A DNA stretch of 64,000 nucleotides from Collinsella sp. (GCA_019414245.1 DXMK01000005.1:14463-78462), one strand, 5' to 3'; shown: positions 1 through 10,032, counted from the stretch's first letter. Program-made: numbers and translations. Notes: generated from the sequence alone by a model not told the origin.

Positions 1-1080
1 CTGATCAACGCGCGTACCCGCAAGAGCGATCGTCTGGCTCACCTGTATGTGATGTGCGGCCGCGACATGACCGAGGTCGGTCACGCGTATGCCGGCGATA
101 TCATCGTGGCGCCCAAGTTGGCGGCCGAGACGGGTGACACGCTCTCCATTACCGGCAAGGTCGAGGCTGCGGCGTTTAAGTTCCCCAACTCGCAGTATCG
201 CATCGCTATTGAGGCCGAGAATCGCGGGGACGAAGAGAAGCTCTACACGTTTATCGAGAAGGCCTGCAAGGCCGATCCGACTATGAGCATCGACCGCGAC
301 GAGGAGACTGGCCAGACCATTATTTCGGCGGTGGGCGAGGCGCAGGTTTCGGTCCTGCTCAATCGTCTTGAGGACCGCACCAAGGTCGTGGCCAAAAGCG
401 TGCCGATCCGCATTCCGTATCGCGAGACCATCCGCCGCACGGCGAGTGCCCAGGGCCGCCACAAGAAGCAGACTGGCGGTGCCGGTCAGTACGGCGACTG
501 CTGGCTGCGCGTTGAGCCGCTCATTGGGCCCGACGGCACGAGCGACGGCTACGAGTTTGTGGACGAGGTCGTAGGTGGCCGTATTCCGCGCTCGCTGATC
601 CCCGCCGTGGACAAGGGTGTCCAGGAGACCATGAAGGACGGCATCATTGCCGGCTACCCGCTCACGGGCATTCGCGTGGCTGTGTACGACGGCTCGTATC
701 ACAGCGTCGACTCCAACGAGATGGCGTTCCGCGCGGCGGCTCGCATCGGCCTGCGCAAGGCATGCGCCGATGCCGACCCGGTGGTGCTGGAGCCCATCGA
801 AGAAATCACGGTGACTATCCCCGAGAGCTACGCCGGCGCCGTGATGGGCGACATCTCGGCCTCGCGCGGTCGCGTGACGGGTATGGAGACCGATGAGCGC
901 GGCGATACCGTGGTCATTGCCCAGGCGCCGCTGGCCGAGCTGACGGATTACTCAACGCGTCTGCGCTCTATCACGCGCGGCACGGGTGACTTTACCATGA
1001 AGCCCGCCGGCTACGAGCAGGTGCCCTATGACGTTCAGGCCAAGCTGGTCGAGCGCTATGAGGAGGGCCGCGCTAAGTAG
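1..1080 (+). CDS. fusA: Elongation factor G family protein, C-terminal part (5' truncated by window)
   Basis: Open from base 1. EF-G domain III-V motifs IPYRETI, GRHKKQTGGAGQYG, DGSYHSVDSNEMAF. Not followed by tuf, so probably a paralogue. Confidence 0.9.
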   Translation: MINARTRKSDRLAHLYVMCGRDMTEVGHAYAGDIIVAPKLAAETGDTLSITGKVEAAAFKFPNSQYRIAIEAENRGDEEKLYTFIEKACKADPTMSIDRDEETGQTIISAVGEAQVSVLLNRLEDRTKVVAKSVPIRIPYRETIRRTASAQGRHKKQTGGAGQYGDCWLRVEPLIGPDGTSDGYEFVDEVVGGRIPRSLIPAVDKGVQETMKDGIIAGYPLTGIRVAVYDGSYHSVDSNEMAFRAAARIGLRKACADADPVVLEPIEEITVTIPESYAGAVMGDISASRGRVTGMETDERGDTVVIAQAPLAELTDYSTRLRSITRGTGDFTMKPAGYEQVPYDVQAKLVERYEEGRAK

Positions 1081-1114
1081 CGTGTGGCTTTGCCGGTGCT
1101 ATACATGCCGATGC

Positions 1115-1150
1115 AAGGGCCGCTCTGGGTGATCCGGAACGGCCCTTTTT
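1115..1150 (+). terminator. Intrinsic terminator between convergent genes
   Basis: AAGGGCCG..CGGCCCTT stem followed by a T run. Confidence 0.7.
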
Positions 1151-1191
1151 GATCCCTGGGGGGATGCAAATCGGTTCTTGTCGGGTTAGGG

Positions 1192-2172
1192 CTAGTCCCC
1201 TGAGGCCTGATTGCGGCCGGTGGCGTAGTCGATCTGCACATGCGGTTGCAGGTTGTAGCAGTATACGTGGAAGCACAGTGTCTTGCCGTGGTCCTCGACC
1301 GATTGCGCCTCGAGGCGGACACCGCGGCAGACGAGTTCCTCTTCGTTGTACATGGGCGTGACGCGGTAGAGCACGTGGTTGCCCGTGTCGCGGATATAGC
1401 CGAGGATCTGCTCTTCGAAGGGCAACATGCCCGTCTCGTTGAGATAGCGCGTGCCGGTCAGGAGATTTTTGCGGTTGGCGTTTTCGCCGCAGAGCGACCA
1501 AGCGATAAGGTGGCAGCGGTTATAGAGGCTCTGGCTCGGAATAAAGTCGTAGCGCTGCTGGTGCCACCCGGCGGGGTGGATACGCGAGATATCGCCGCGC
1601 TTGCCCTGACCGAGCGATTCGGGTCCTATGCAGGCGAGTGCTTTGCGGGTACGGCCCAGGCTGTCGAGTTTAGAGAACTTCTTAAAGCAGCCCTCTTCGG
1701 TGGCCCGTTCGTATTCATCGAGCGTGAACGACGGCGTGCCGAGCGGATGCGTGCCGTCGGCGCGGAGGGCAACGTAGGGGTTGCCGGCGTAGTCGGGAAT
1801 GCTGGTGAGGTATACGCCGCGCGCGCGGTTGAGGTCGGGGTTTTCCACCTCGTCGATGGGGGCGGCGGCGCTGTCTGTGGAAGCGTCGTCGGTGTCGCTT
1901 GCGGCGGAATCGGGGCCATCGCCAGAGTCTTGGCTATTTTGAGAGTCCTCGGAGCTCGCTGTTCCCGATTCGAGCCGGGCAACCAGGTCCGCCTCGTCGT
2001 CGGTGCGGCTGGGACTCTCGTTTTGCTTCTCGGCCAGAGCCGCCGCCTGCTCATCACTTTGCGGCGACAGCAACTTGGGCGCCCCATCGAGCGATCCCGT
2101 AAACAGCGCAAACCCCAGCACCACGGCGGTGCCGATGGAAAGTGCTTGCTTGTAGGCGGACTTGCGCGACAT
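1192..2172 (-). CDS. Secreted or membrane-anchored DNA/RNA non-specific endonuclease (streptodornase-like, His-Me finger)
   Basis: N-terminal hydrophobic segment, acidic linker, then LDSLGR, YNRCHLI, NLLTGTRYLN, YRVTPMY and YNLQP motifs. Confidence 0.85.
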   Translation of the reverse strand: MSRKSAYKQALSIGTAVVLGFALFTGSLDGAPKLLSPQSDEQAAALAEKQNESPSRTDDEADLVARLESGTASSEDSQNSQDSGDGPDSAASDTDDASTDSAAAPIDEVENPDLNRARGVYLTSIPDYAGNPYVALRADGTHPLGTPSFTLDEYERATEEGCFKKFSKLDSLGRTRKALACIGPESLGQGKRGDISRIHPAGWHQQRYDFIPSQSLYNRCHLIAWSLCGENANRKNLLTGTRYLNETGMLPFEEQILGYIRDTGNHVLYRVTPMYNEEELVCRGVRLEAQSVEDHGKTLCFHVYCYNLQPHVQIDYATGRNQASGD

Positions 2173-2301
2173 TGAGGCTCCTGGATGGACGGTTGGGAAT
2201 CTACCAGTCTAGCAGGAGCCGGCAGAGGCCGTTCTGTCGAACAAATACTTAAGATTTGGGACAAACGCTACTGGTTCATTTGCTTCATATTTGACGTATG
2301 G

Positions 2302-3312
2302 TTAGATCGAGGTGGAGTCGAGCCAGTTGAGCTTGCACTCGAGAATGCGCTGCTCGCCGGGTTGGCTGCTGCCATCAAGCAAGGCGAGCAGCATCTCGGC
2401 CGCCTCCCTGCCTTCCTGGTCGACGGGCTCGATGATCGTGGAGACGGTCGGCGTGGTGAGGTTGGTCCAGTCTTCGCAGTTGAGTCCCAAAAGACCTATT
2501 TGCTGCGGAAGTAGATGGGCCATGGGTTGGAGGGCCTTGTAGACACGGGGAAGCGCCCATTGGTTTTGTACGAAGATGAGCGTGCGCTTGGCGGGGTTGA
2601 ACTTGTATTTAAAGTATTCGGTAAGCTCGTTGATTGACGGCTTGTTGTGATCGATGGGGATGGCTTTGTAGAGCTGCCCATTCGCGGCCAATGCCTCGGC
2701 ATATCCCTGAAAACGTTCCATGCGAGTGCGCATTTCGGTCATGTTGGCGGCGATGGAAAAGAAGTCTTCGTAGCCGGCGTCGAGAAGCGCCTGCGTGGCA
2801 TTGTACACGCCGTCGTAGAGGTTGGTTTTGATCCAGCTGGTGCCTGGGCTGTAGATGGCCGCGTCAAAAAAGACGATCGGCTTGCCGGCGCGTCTAATGC
2901 GGTCGTGCACGGCTTTGAAGTTTGCCGTGGGCTGGATGATAAAGCCATCGACGCCCAGCGAGAGCATCTTGTCGACGTACATGAGCTCGGTCTCGGGGTT
3001 AAAGTTGCTCGTGCAAACGACCGTCTGGTAGCCCGCAGGGAGCATGACCTGCTCCATGCCATTGAGAACGAGCCCCGCCCATTTGTTGGTGTTATCCAAA
3101 ATGATGATGGCAATGACGTGGGTTTGCTTGCCGGTGAGCGTCTGCGCTTGGGCGTTGGGAACGTATCCGAGTTCTTTAATGACGCGCGCGATTTTGTTCT
3201 GCGTCTTTTCGCTAAGCTTTTCTCGTTTGTCGTTGAGGTAATACGAGACGCTTGCCGTCGAGGTTCCCGCCTCTCGAGCGACGTCTGCGATCGTAACGCG
3301 CTGTTTTGCCAC
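2302..3312 (-). CDS. LacI-family transcriptional regulator
   Basis: VTIADVAREAGTSTASVS HTH and YVPNAQAQTL hinge. GTG start after GGAAGGAG. Divergent from the PTS operon. Confidence 0.92.
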   Translation of the reverse strand: MAKQRVTIADVAREAGTSTASVSYYLNDKREKLSEKTQNKIARVIKELGYVPNAQAQTLTGKQTHVIAIIILDNTNKWAGLVLNGMEQVMLPAGYQTVVCTSNFNPETELMYVDKMLSLGVDGFIIQPTANFKAVHDRIRRAGKPIVFFDAAIYSPGTSWIKTNLYDGVYNATQALLDAGYEDFFSIAANMTEMRTRMERFQGYAEALAANGQLYKAIPIDHNKPSINELTEYFKYKFNPAKRTLIFVQNQWALPRVYKALQPMAHLLPQQIGLLGLNCEDWTNLTTPTVSTIIEPVDQEGREAAEMLLALLDGSSQPGEQRILECKLNWLDSTSI

Positions 3313-3535
3313 AGCGACTCCTTCCGACAGATGAGCATTTTCCAACATGATGACTTTGAGTCTTGGTGAGGGATACGCTTCGGTGAGCGACCTTTTCCTT
3401 TCATATGAGTATGCAACAAATGCGGTATACGGGTGGGGTCGAAATTTGTGACCGGCATGCGCATCTGCCGTCTACCGAGAAAATCAAATACTTCTTGACT
3501 TTTGAAATCGAGGGTAAAATCGCAGGATTCATTTT

Positions 3536-3567
3536 TGGTTAAACGCATAACTAAATCGCATAACCAA
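3536..3567. promoter_or_regulatory. Tandem LacI-type operator candidates
   Basis: TGGTTAAACGCATAACTA and overlapping AATCGCATAACCA, imperfect palindromes with central CG, between lacI and the PTS operon. Confidence 0.55.
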
Positions 3568-3727
3568 CGCTCTGACCTGCGCGTTTACCGAAATAAGCTG
3601 GCATTAAGAAAAACGAGCACCTATATTGGTCTTGTCGAAAAGACAGCAAGTCCAAACGGCAGGGGATGCTCCGGAGGCCTCCGCAAACGGTGTCTTGCGC
3701 ACGCAACTCTATGAAAAGAGGGAAGCA

Positions 3728-5200
3728 ATGAAGATCGTAGGCGTTGCCGCCTGTACCGTGGGTATCGCCCACACGTATATGGCCCAGAAGGCGATTCAAG
3801 ATGAATGCGCCGCCCGTGGCATCGAGTGCAAGGTCGAGGCTCAGGGTGGCCTGGGTATCGAGAATGAGCTCACGCAGGAAGACGTGGACTCCGCCGACCT
3901 GGTCCTGGAGTCCGTCGACGTGGGTGTCGAGAACGAGGACCGTTTTGAGCAGAAGATGGCCGAGGGCAAGTTCCTCAAGGTCGGTACTTCCGATGTGATT
4001 GCCGATCCGGTCAAGATCATCGACCAGGCTGTTGAGATTATCAAGGCGACGGGTGGCGCCGTTGACGCGCCCAAGGCCGAGGCCAAGGCAGAGAAGAAGG
4101 CCGTCTCCGCTGCCCCGCAGGCCCCGACACCGGCGTCCAAGCAGTCTATCTTTGCCGATCCTGGCAAGACGCTGCTCAATGCATTCAATACCGGCGTTTC
4201 CTATTTTATCCCCATTGTCGTTATCGGTGGCGTGTTCCTCGCCTTCTCGTTGGCATCCGGTACTGCCGGTGCTAGCGGCATGGAGGTCACCAACCCGTTG
4301 ATGGTGAGCCTTAACACCATCGGCATGGCCGGCATCTCTATGATGATTCCGGTGCTTGCGGCATACATCGCCTACTCGATGGCCGGTAAGCCCGCACTTG
4401 CCCCCGGCTTCGTCCTGGGCTACTTGGTCAACAACGCCGTCGTCACCCCGAGTGGCAACAGCGTTTCGACCGGCTTCTTGGGCGCCATGATCATGGCTGT
4501 CATCTGCGGCTACTTTGTCCGCTGGATGAAGACCTGGAAGGTCAACAACACCATCCAGACCATCATGCCCATCCTGATCATCCCGATTCTGACCTCGCTC
4601 GTCCTGGGCATGGCCTACATCTACATCCTGGCCACGCCGCTTGGCTTTGTGATGGATTGGCTCACCAGCGTGCTCGGTAGCCTGCAGGGCGGCTCCGCCG
4701 TCGTCCTGGGCCTGGTCATTGGTGTTATGACCGCCTTCGATATGGGTGGCCCCATCAACAAGACCGCTTCGACCTTTACTATGGCCATCATGGCCTCCGG
4801 CATCTACGGCCCTAACGGTATGTTCCGCGTCGCCGTCGCCATTCCCCCGATCGCCTGCGGCCTCGCTGCGCTCATCGCCAAGAATAAGTTCGATGACGCC
4901 GATCGTCAGATGGGTATCTCCGCACTGTTCATGGGCTGCATCGGCATTACCGAGGGCGCTATCCCCTTCGCGGTCAAGGACCTTGGCCACACCCTGCCCG
5001 GCATCTGCATCGGCTCTGCCGTGGGTGCGGCGCTCGCCGCCTTCCAGGGTATCGACTGCTACGTCCCGCACGGTGGCTTTATCGTCGCCCTCGCCACCAA
5101 CAACGTCGCGCTGTTCTGCCTGGACATCGTGATTGGCTCCGTGGTCGCCGCTGCAATCCTGATTGCCATGAAGCCCACGCTCGATAAGCAGGCCAAGTAA
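3728..5200 (+). CDS. PTS fructose-family EIIBC component
   Basis: MKIVGVAACTVGIAHTYMA EIIB motif, Ala/Pro linker, EIIC motifs DMGGPINK and GITEGAIPF. Confidence 0.93.
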   Translation: MKIVGVAACTVGIAHTYMAQKAIQDECAARGIECKVEAQGGLGIENELTQEDVDSADLVLESVDVGVENEDRFEQKMAEGKFLKVGTSDVIADPVKIIDQAVEIIKATGGAVDAPKAEAKAEKKAVSAAPQAPTPASKQSIFADPGKTLLNAFNTGVSYFIPIVVIGGVFLAFSLASGTAGASGMEVTNPLMVSLNTIGMAGISMMIPVLAAYIAYSMAGKPALAPGFVLGYLVNNAVVTPSGNSVSTGFLGAMIMAVICGYFVRWMKTWKVNNTIQTIMPILIIPILTSLVLGMAYIYILATPLGFVMDWLTSVLGSLQGGSAVVLGLVIGVMTAFDMGGPINKTASTFTMAIMASGIYGPNGMFRVAVAIPPIACGLAALIAKNKFDDADRQMGISALFMGCIGITEGAIPFAVKDLGHTLPGICIGSAVGAALAAFQGIDCYVPHGGFIVALATNNVALFCLDIVIGSVVAAAILIAMKPTLDKQAK

Positions 5201-5344
5201 ACCTTTAAGGACTCCGGTTGTGCGGAGGGATGGATTTGACTCCGCACAACCGCCCCTACACAACAAAATCCATCCGTACTGATAGGGCCCGCATCTGGGT
5301 CCCGGGGAACTTTTGTCAAAAATCCTCTGGAGAAGGAGAACAAA

Positions 5345-6619
5345 ATGTCCAACCTCACCATCCGTCAGGCCGTTCAGGGCATGCTCAAGCTGCAGGATAG
5401 CGGCGATCACGCAACCATGGTCGGCATTGGCCCCATGAGCCCCAACCTGATTCAGGCCGTGTTCGAGCTTGCCAAGGACGAGGTTTTCCCGCCCATGTTT
5501 ATCGCTAGCCGCAACCAGGTCGATATGGACGAGATGGGCGCCGGCTACGTCAACGGTTGGGACCAGACGCGCTTTGCCGCCGACATCAAGAAGGTTGCCG
5601 ACGAGGTGGGTTACACCGGTCCGTACTACCTGTGCCGCGATCACGGCGGTCCGTGGCAGCGCGACGAGGAGCGTAACGCCCACCTGCCCGAGGACGAGGC
5701 CATGGAGCTCGCCCGCAAGTCCTTTGTCGCCGACATGGAGGCGGGCTTTGACCTGCTGATGGTCGACCCCACCAAGGACCCCTATCAGATCGGCAAGGTT
5801 ATTCCGCTCGACGTGGTGCTTCGCCGTACGATCGATCTTATCGACTACCTTGAGCAATACCGTCGCGAGCATAACCTGCCCGAGGTTGCCTATGAGGTCG
5901 GTACCGAGGAGACCAATGGCGGCTTGACCTCTACCGATAAGTACGAGGAGTTCATTTCTCAGCTGCAGCCCGAGCTCGAGAAGCGCGGCTGCCCCATGCC
6001 CACCTTTATCGTCGGCCAGACCGGCACCCTTACCCGCTGGACGGAGCAGGTCGGTCACTACAACTTCAAGAACGCTCGCGAGCTTGCCGATATGGCCAAG
6101 CGCTACGGCGTGGGTCTGAAGGAGCACAACGCCGACTACCTGGATGACGCGACGCTGCTCGAGCATATCCCGGCACACGTGACCGCCTCCAACGTTGCTC
6201 CGCAGTATGGCACCGAGGAGACCCGCGCTTACCTCAAACTCTGCGCTACCGAGCAGATTCTGGTCGACAACGGCCTGTGCGACGATCCCTCCGACCTGTA
6301 TCACACGCTGCTGGTCAAGGCCATCAAGACCGAGCGCTGGCGCAAGTGGATGACTGGCGACGATGTCAACCTGCAGGTTGACGACATTCTGGCCGACGAC
6401 GAGCTCAGCCTGAAGATTCTGGATGTCTCCGGCCACTACGCGTTCAACGATCCCGAGGTCAAGGAGCAGGTCGAGAAGCTCTATCGCAACCTCGCTGCCC
6501 AAGACATCGACGGCAAGCGCTTTGTGATCGAGCACATCAAGCGCCCGATCAAGCAGTATGTCGTCGGTCTTAACCTCAAGGGCGTCACGAACCGCATCGA
6601 GAAGGCTCTCGAGGACTAA
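5345..6619 (+). CDS. GatZ/KbaZ-family protein (tagatose-6-phosphate 4-epimerase-like)
   Basis: Motifs ASRNQV, DHGGPW, YEVGTEE, KEHNADY, NVAP; 424 aa. Confidence 0.85.
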   Translation: MSNLTIRQAVQGMLKLQDSGDHATMVGIGPMSPNLIQAVFELAKDEVFPPMFIASRNQVDMDEMGAGYVNGWDQTRFAADIKKVADEVGYTGPYYLCRDHGGPWQRDEERNAHLPEDEAMELARKSFVADMEAGFDLLMVDPTKDPYQIGKVIPLDVVLRRTIDLIDYLEQYRREHNLPEVAYEVGTEETNGGLTSTDKYEEFISQLQPELEKRGCPMPTFIVGQTGTLTRWTEQVGHYNFKNARELADMAKRYGVGLKEHNADYLDDATLLEHIPAHVTASNVAPQYGTEETRAYLKLCATEQILVDNGLCDDPSDLYHTLLVKAIKTERWRKWMTGDDVNLQVDDILADDELSLKILDVSGHYAFNDPEVKEQVEKLYRNLAAQDIDGKRFVIEHIKRPIKQYVVGLNLKGVTNRIEKALED

Positions 6620-6744
6620 GTAGTTTTTCCTACACGACGCCGGGCCTGGGGCATGTCCCAGCTGCAGGCCCGGCACATAGGACAAAGGGGCATCCCCTTT
6701 GTCCTTTCTTTTGAGTTTTGGATTCCTCCGAAGGAGTTTGCACC

Positions 6745-7428
6745 ATGAAGTTCTTTATCGATACCGCCAACCTTGACGAGATCGCCGAGGCCAGGAGCTG
6801 GGGCTGCCTTGCCGGCGTAACCACCAACCCGTCTCTGTACGCCAAGACCGGCGGCAAGCTTGCAGACTTTGAACCCCACATGCTCAAGATTGCCGAGCTC
6901 TGCGAGGGTCTGCCCGTGTCTGCCGAGTCTACCGCCACCACGGCCGAGGGCATGATCGAGGAGGGCAAGCGCCTTGCTGCCCTCGCCCCCAACATTGTGG
7001 TCAAGCTCCCCGTGTGCGAGGCCGGTCTCGCCGCCTGCCGCGCGCTGGCCGATGCAGGCGTGCGCGTCAACATGACGCTTGTCTTCTCGCCGACCCAGGC
7101 CTTGATGGCCGCCAACGCCGGCGCTCGCTACATCAGCCCGTTTGTGGGGCGCTTCGACGATATCGCCGAGGACGGTATTTCGCAGCTCGACAACGTTGTG
7201 ACCTGCATCAAGAACTATGACTGGACCGGCAAGAACGTCGACGACACCGTCGAAATCATCACCGCTTCGGTCCGCACGCCCAACCACGTGACCCAGGCGG
7301 CTCTTCTTGGCGCCGACATCGCGACCGTGCCCATGGCCGCTCTCAAGAAGTGCCTGCATCACCCGCTGACCGACCAGGGCCTCGCCTCTTTTGAGGCTGA
7401 CTGGCAGAAGGTCGTCGCTCAGGCTTAA
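6745..7428 (+). CDS. tal: Transaldolase (short TalC/Fsa family)
   Basis: MKFFIDTAN, GVTTNPSL, Schiff-base VVKLP. VSAE (Glu) and SPFVGR (Phe) are the transaldolase-type rather than FSA-type residues. Confidence 0.9.
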   Translation: MKFFIDTANLDEIAEARSWGCLAGVTTNPSLYAKTGGKLADFEPHMLKIAELCEGLPVSAESTATTAEGMIEEGKRLAALAPNIVVKLPVCEAGLAACRALADAGVRVNMTLVFSPTQALMAANAGARYISPFVGRFDDIAEDGISQLDNVVTCIKNYDWTGKNVDDTVEIITASVRTPNHVTQAALLGADIATVPMAALKKCLHHPLTDQGLASFEADWQKVVAQA

Positions 7429-7491
7429 CGAGTGGATTGCCCCGGCATCGCGTCATCCGGTGCCGGGGTTGTTCTCAAGAGAGGAATTCGT

Positions 7492-8322
7492 ATGACCAAC
7501 CAGGAGCTGGCGAAGGTCGCCAATGAGGTCAGGAAGGGTGTCGTGACTGCGGTTCACGCGGCCAAGTCGGGACACCCGGGTGGATCGCTCGGTGCTGCCG
7601 ACATCATGACGTATCTGTACTTTGAGGAAATGAATATCGATCCTGCCGACCCTCACAAGGCCGATCGCGATCGCTTTGTGCTCTCCAAGGGTCACGCGGC
7701 GCCGGGCCTGTATTCGGTGTTGGCAAATCGCGGCTATTTTCCCGTCGAAGAGCTCGAGACGCTCCGTCATATTGGCAGCCGACTGCAGGGCCATCCCAAC
7801 ATGAACGACGCCCCTGGCATCGATATGTCCACCGGATCGCTCGGTCAGGGCATCTCTGCTGCAGTTGGAATGGCGCTTGCCGCTAAGCACTGGGGCGACG
7901 GCTACCGTGTCTACACGTTGCTGGGCGACGGTGAGTGCGAGGAAGGCCAGGTGTGGGAGGCGGCCATGTTCGCCGGCAACCATGCGCTCGACAATCTTGT
8001 TGCCGTCGTCGACCACAACGGCTTGCAGATTGACGGCACGATCGATGAAGTCAACTCGGCCATGCCGCTCGCTGACAAGTTCCGCGCCTTTAAGTGGCAT
8101 GTGATCGAGCTCGCCGACGGTAACGACATGGCGCAGATTGCCGCCGCCTTTGCCGAGGCCCGCAAAGTGAGCGACTCGCCCGTGGCCATTATCGCCGAGA
8201 CGGTGAAGGGCAAGGGCGTCTCCTTTATGGAAAACCAGGTGGGCTGGCACGGCAAGGCACCCAACGATGAACAGTTTGAGCAGGCCATGGCCGAGCTCGC
8301 AGCAGCAGGGGAGGAGCTCTAA
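7492..8322 (+). CDS. Transketolase, N-terminal (TPP-binding) subunit
   Basis: SGHPGGSLG, LSKGH, TGSLGQG and GDGE..EG TPP motif. Confidence 0.95.
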   Translation: MTNQELAKVANEVRKGVVTAVHAAKSGHPGGSLGAADIMTYLYFEEMNIDPADPHKADRDRFVLSKGHAAPGLYSVLANRGYFPVEELETLRHIGSRLQGHPNMNDAPGIDMSTGSLGQGISAAVGMALAAKHWGDGYRVYTLLGDGECEEGQVWEAAMFAGNHALDNLVAVVDHNGLQIDGTIDEVNSAMPLADKFRAFKWHVIELADGNDMAQIAAAFAEARKVSDSPVAIIAETVKGKGVSFMENQVGWHGKAPNDEQFEQAMAELAAAGEEL

Positions 8323-9260
8323 TGGCAGACGTCAAGAAAGTCGCCACGCGCGTTAGCTATGGCGAGGCACTTGTCGAGCTGGGCAATGAGCGCGATGACT
8401 TTGTGGTTCTCGATGCCGACCTGGCCGTCGCCACGCAGACCGGTAAGTTTAAGGCTGCGCACCCTGAGCGCTTCTACGACGCCGGCATTGCCGAGAGCAA
8501 CCTGATGGGTCTTGCCGCCGGCATCGCGACCACGGGCCGCGTTGCTTTTGCGAGCACCTTTGCGATGTTTGCCGCCGGTCGCGCCTACGAGCAGGTCCGC
8601 AATTCCATCGGCTACCCGCACCTCAACGTCAAGATTGGCGCTACTCATGCCGGCATTTCGGTGGGCGAGGACGGCGCCACGCACCAGTGCTGCGAGGATA
8701 TCGCACTCATGCGCACGATTCCGGGTATGACGGTGGTCGTTCCCGCCGACGACGTCGAGGCTCGTGCCTGTGTGCGCGCCGCCTATGAGTTTGAGGGCCC
8801 GGTTTACATGCGCTTCGGCCGCCTGGCAACACCGGTCATCAACGACTGCGAGGACTATGAGTTCAAGATTGGTCGCGGCGTGGTCGTGCGCGAGGGGTCC
8901 GATGTGACCATCATCGCTTGTGGCCTTATGGTCGCCGAGGCGCTTGAGGCTGCCGAGGCGCTCGCTGCCGATGGTATCGATGCCGAGGTCATCAATATGC
9001 ACACGATCAAGCCGCTTGATGAGCGCCTGGTGGTTGCCAGCGCCAAGAAGACCGGTCGCGTGGTCACTGCCGAGGAGCATTCGATTATCGGCGGTCTTGG
9101 CGAGGCCGTTGCCTCGGTGCTAGCGGAGCAGTATCCGGTGCCGATGCGTCGCGTCGGCGTGCGCGATGTGTATGGCGAGTCCGGCCCTGCGGTCGATTTG
9201 CTGCACAAGTACGGTTTGGACGCCGACGGCATCGAAGCTGCGGTCAGGTCTGTGTTGTAA
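8322..9260 (+). CDS. Transketolase, C-terminal subunit
   Basis: GIAESN, GEDGATHQ, EEHSIIGGLG. Start overlaps the upstream stop. Confidence 0.95.
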   Translation: MADVKKVATRVSYGEALVELGNERDDFVVLDADLAVATQTGKFKAAHPERFYDAGIAESNLMGLAAGIATTGRVAFASTFAMFAAGRAYEQVRNSIGYPHLNVKIGATHAGISVGEDGATHQCCEDIALMRTIPGMTVVVPADDVEARACVRAAYEFEGPVYMRFGRLATPVINDCEDYEFKIGRGVVVREGSDVTIIACGLMVAEALEAAEALAADGIDAEVINMHTIKPLDERLVVASAKKTGRVVTAEEHSIIGGLGEAVASVLAEQYPVPMRRVGVRDVYGESGPAVDLLHKYGLDADGIEAAVRSVL

Positions 9261-9271
9261 GGAAGGTTTCC

Positions 9272-9724
9272 ATGGGATTTGTATCTGCCAACCAAGTGAC
9301 GATAGGGTATACCGCCGCCTCGCGCGAGGATGCCCTGCATTATTTGTCCGATCAGGCCGTCGAGCTCGGCTTTGCTGACGACGCATCTGCCGTAGAGACT
9401 GCCTTCATGGCTCGCGAGAACGAGGCCGAGACTGGCCTTGTCGCCGGTTTTGCCGTTCCACATGCCAAAAGCGATGCTATCCACACGCCGGGCGTTGCCG
9501 TGCTTAAGCTGGTCGAGCCCGTTGAATGGCCGAGCTTCGATGGTGTGCCCGTCGATGTTGCGCTCGCGCTGTACGTGCCTGCCGGCGAGGCAGGAACCAC
9601 GCACCTGCGCTTGCTCTCCAAGGCTGCCGTGATGCTGATGGACGCCGGCTTCCGTGACAAGGTGCGCGCGAGCACCGATCCCGTTGAGATTGCGGAGCTC
9701 ATCAATAGCGGACTCGAAGACTAG
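9272..9724 (+). CDS. PTS fructose-family EIIA component
   Basis: RE..TG..FAVPH phospho-His motif and HLRLLS. Confidence 0.9.
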   Translation: MGFVSANQVTIGYTAASREDALHYLSDQAVELGFADDASAVETAFMARENEAETGLVAGFAVPHAKSDAIHTPGVAVLKLVEPVEWPSFDGVPVDVALALYVPAGEAGTTHLRLLSKAAVMLMDAGFRDKVRASTDPVEIAELINSGLED

Positions 9725-9766
9725 AACGGTCATCCCGTTCAATCAATTGATCCTTCTCCAAGGAAA

Positions 9767-9803
9767 AGGGCCGCGACGCCATATAGGTGTCGCGGCCCTG
9801 TTT
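9767..9803 (+). terminator. Intrinsic terminator of the PTS operon
   Basis: AGGGCCGCGACGCC-ATATA-GGTGTCGCGGCCCT then GTTT. Confidence 0.75.
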
Positions 9804-9810
9804 GCGTTTC

Positions 9811-9854
9811 CCCAGATAAAACCTGCCAAAATAAACCTATCCCTTTTTGGCAGG
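9811..9854 (+). repeat. REP-like palindrome, family A copy 1
   Basis: CCCAGATAAAACCTGCCAAAATAAACCTATCCCTTTTTGGCAGG; near-identical copies at 10286, 13394 (minus) and 15571. Confidence 0.85.
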
Positions 9855-10032
9855 CTAATCGTGAGTTATTTCACCGCAACTTAGGGCACGGTTAGGAAGT
9901 GTGCACCTTAAAGAGTGGAGCCCTTGATTAGAGAGGTCGCGCTCATCTCTCTAAATGTCTCTCTAAAGAGAAGGTTGGTTAGAGAGATAGCATTAGGCAA
10001 TCTAGCAGCGAATTCGATACATCTCTCTTAAT

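Noticed and set aside
1192..2172. Nuclease as a phage-defence or prophage marker
   Set aside because: It has an export signal, sits alone between housekeeping genes, and no phage or defence genes are adjacent.
3551..6685. 1044-aa minus-strand ORF and similar long shadow ORFs (13415-15187, 45491-47866, 49628-51253, 51265-53073, 53757-55748, 59050-60738)
   Set aside because: They are antisense to well-supported genes. Long stop-free reverse frames are expected from high-GC codon bias, and they show no recognisable motifs.
6745..7428. Annotation as fructose-6-phosphate aldolase (fsa)
   Set aside because: The diagnostic positions are Glu (VSAE) and Phe (SPF), the transaldolase pattern, not Gln/Tyr.
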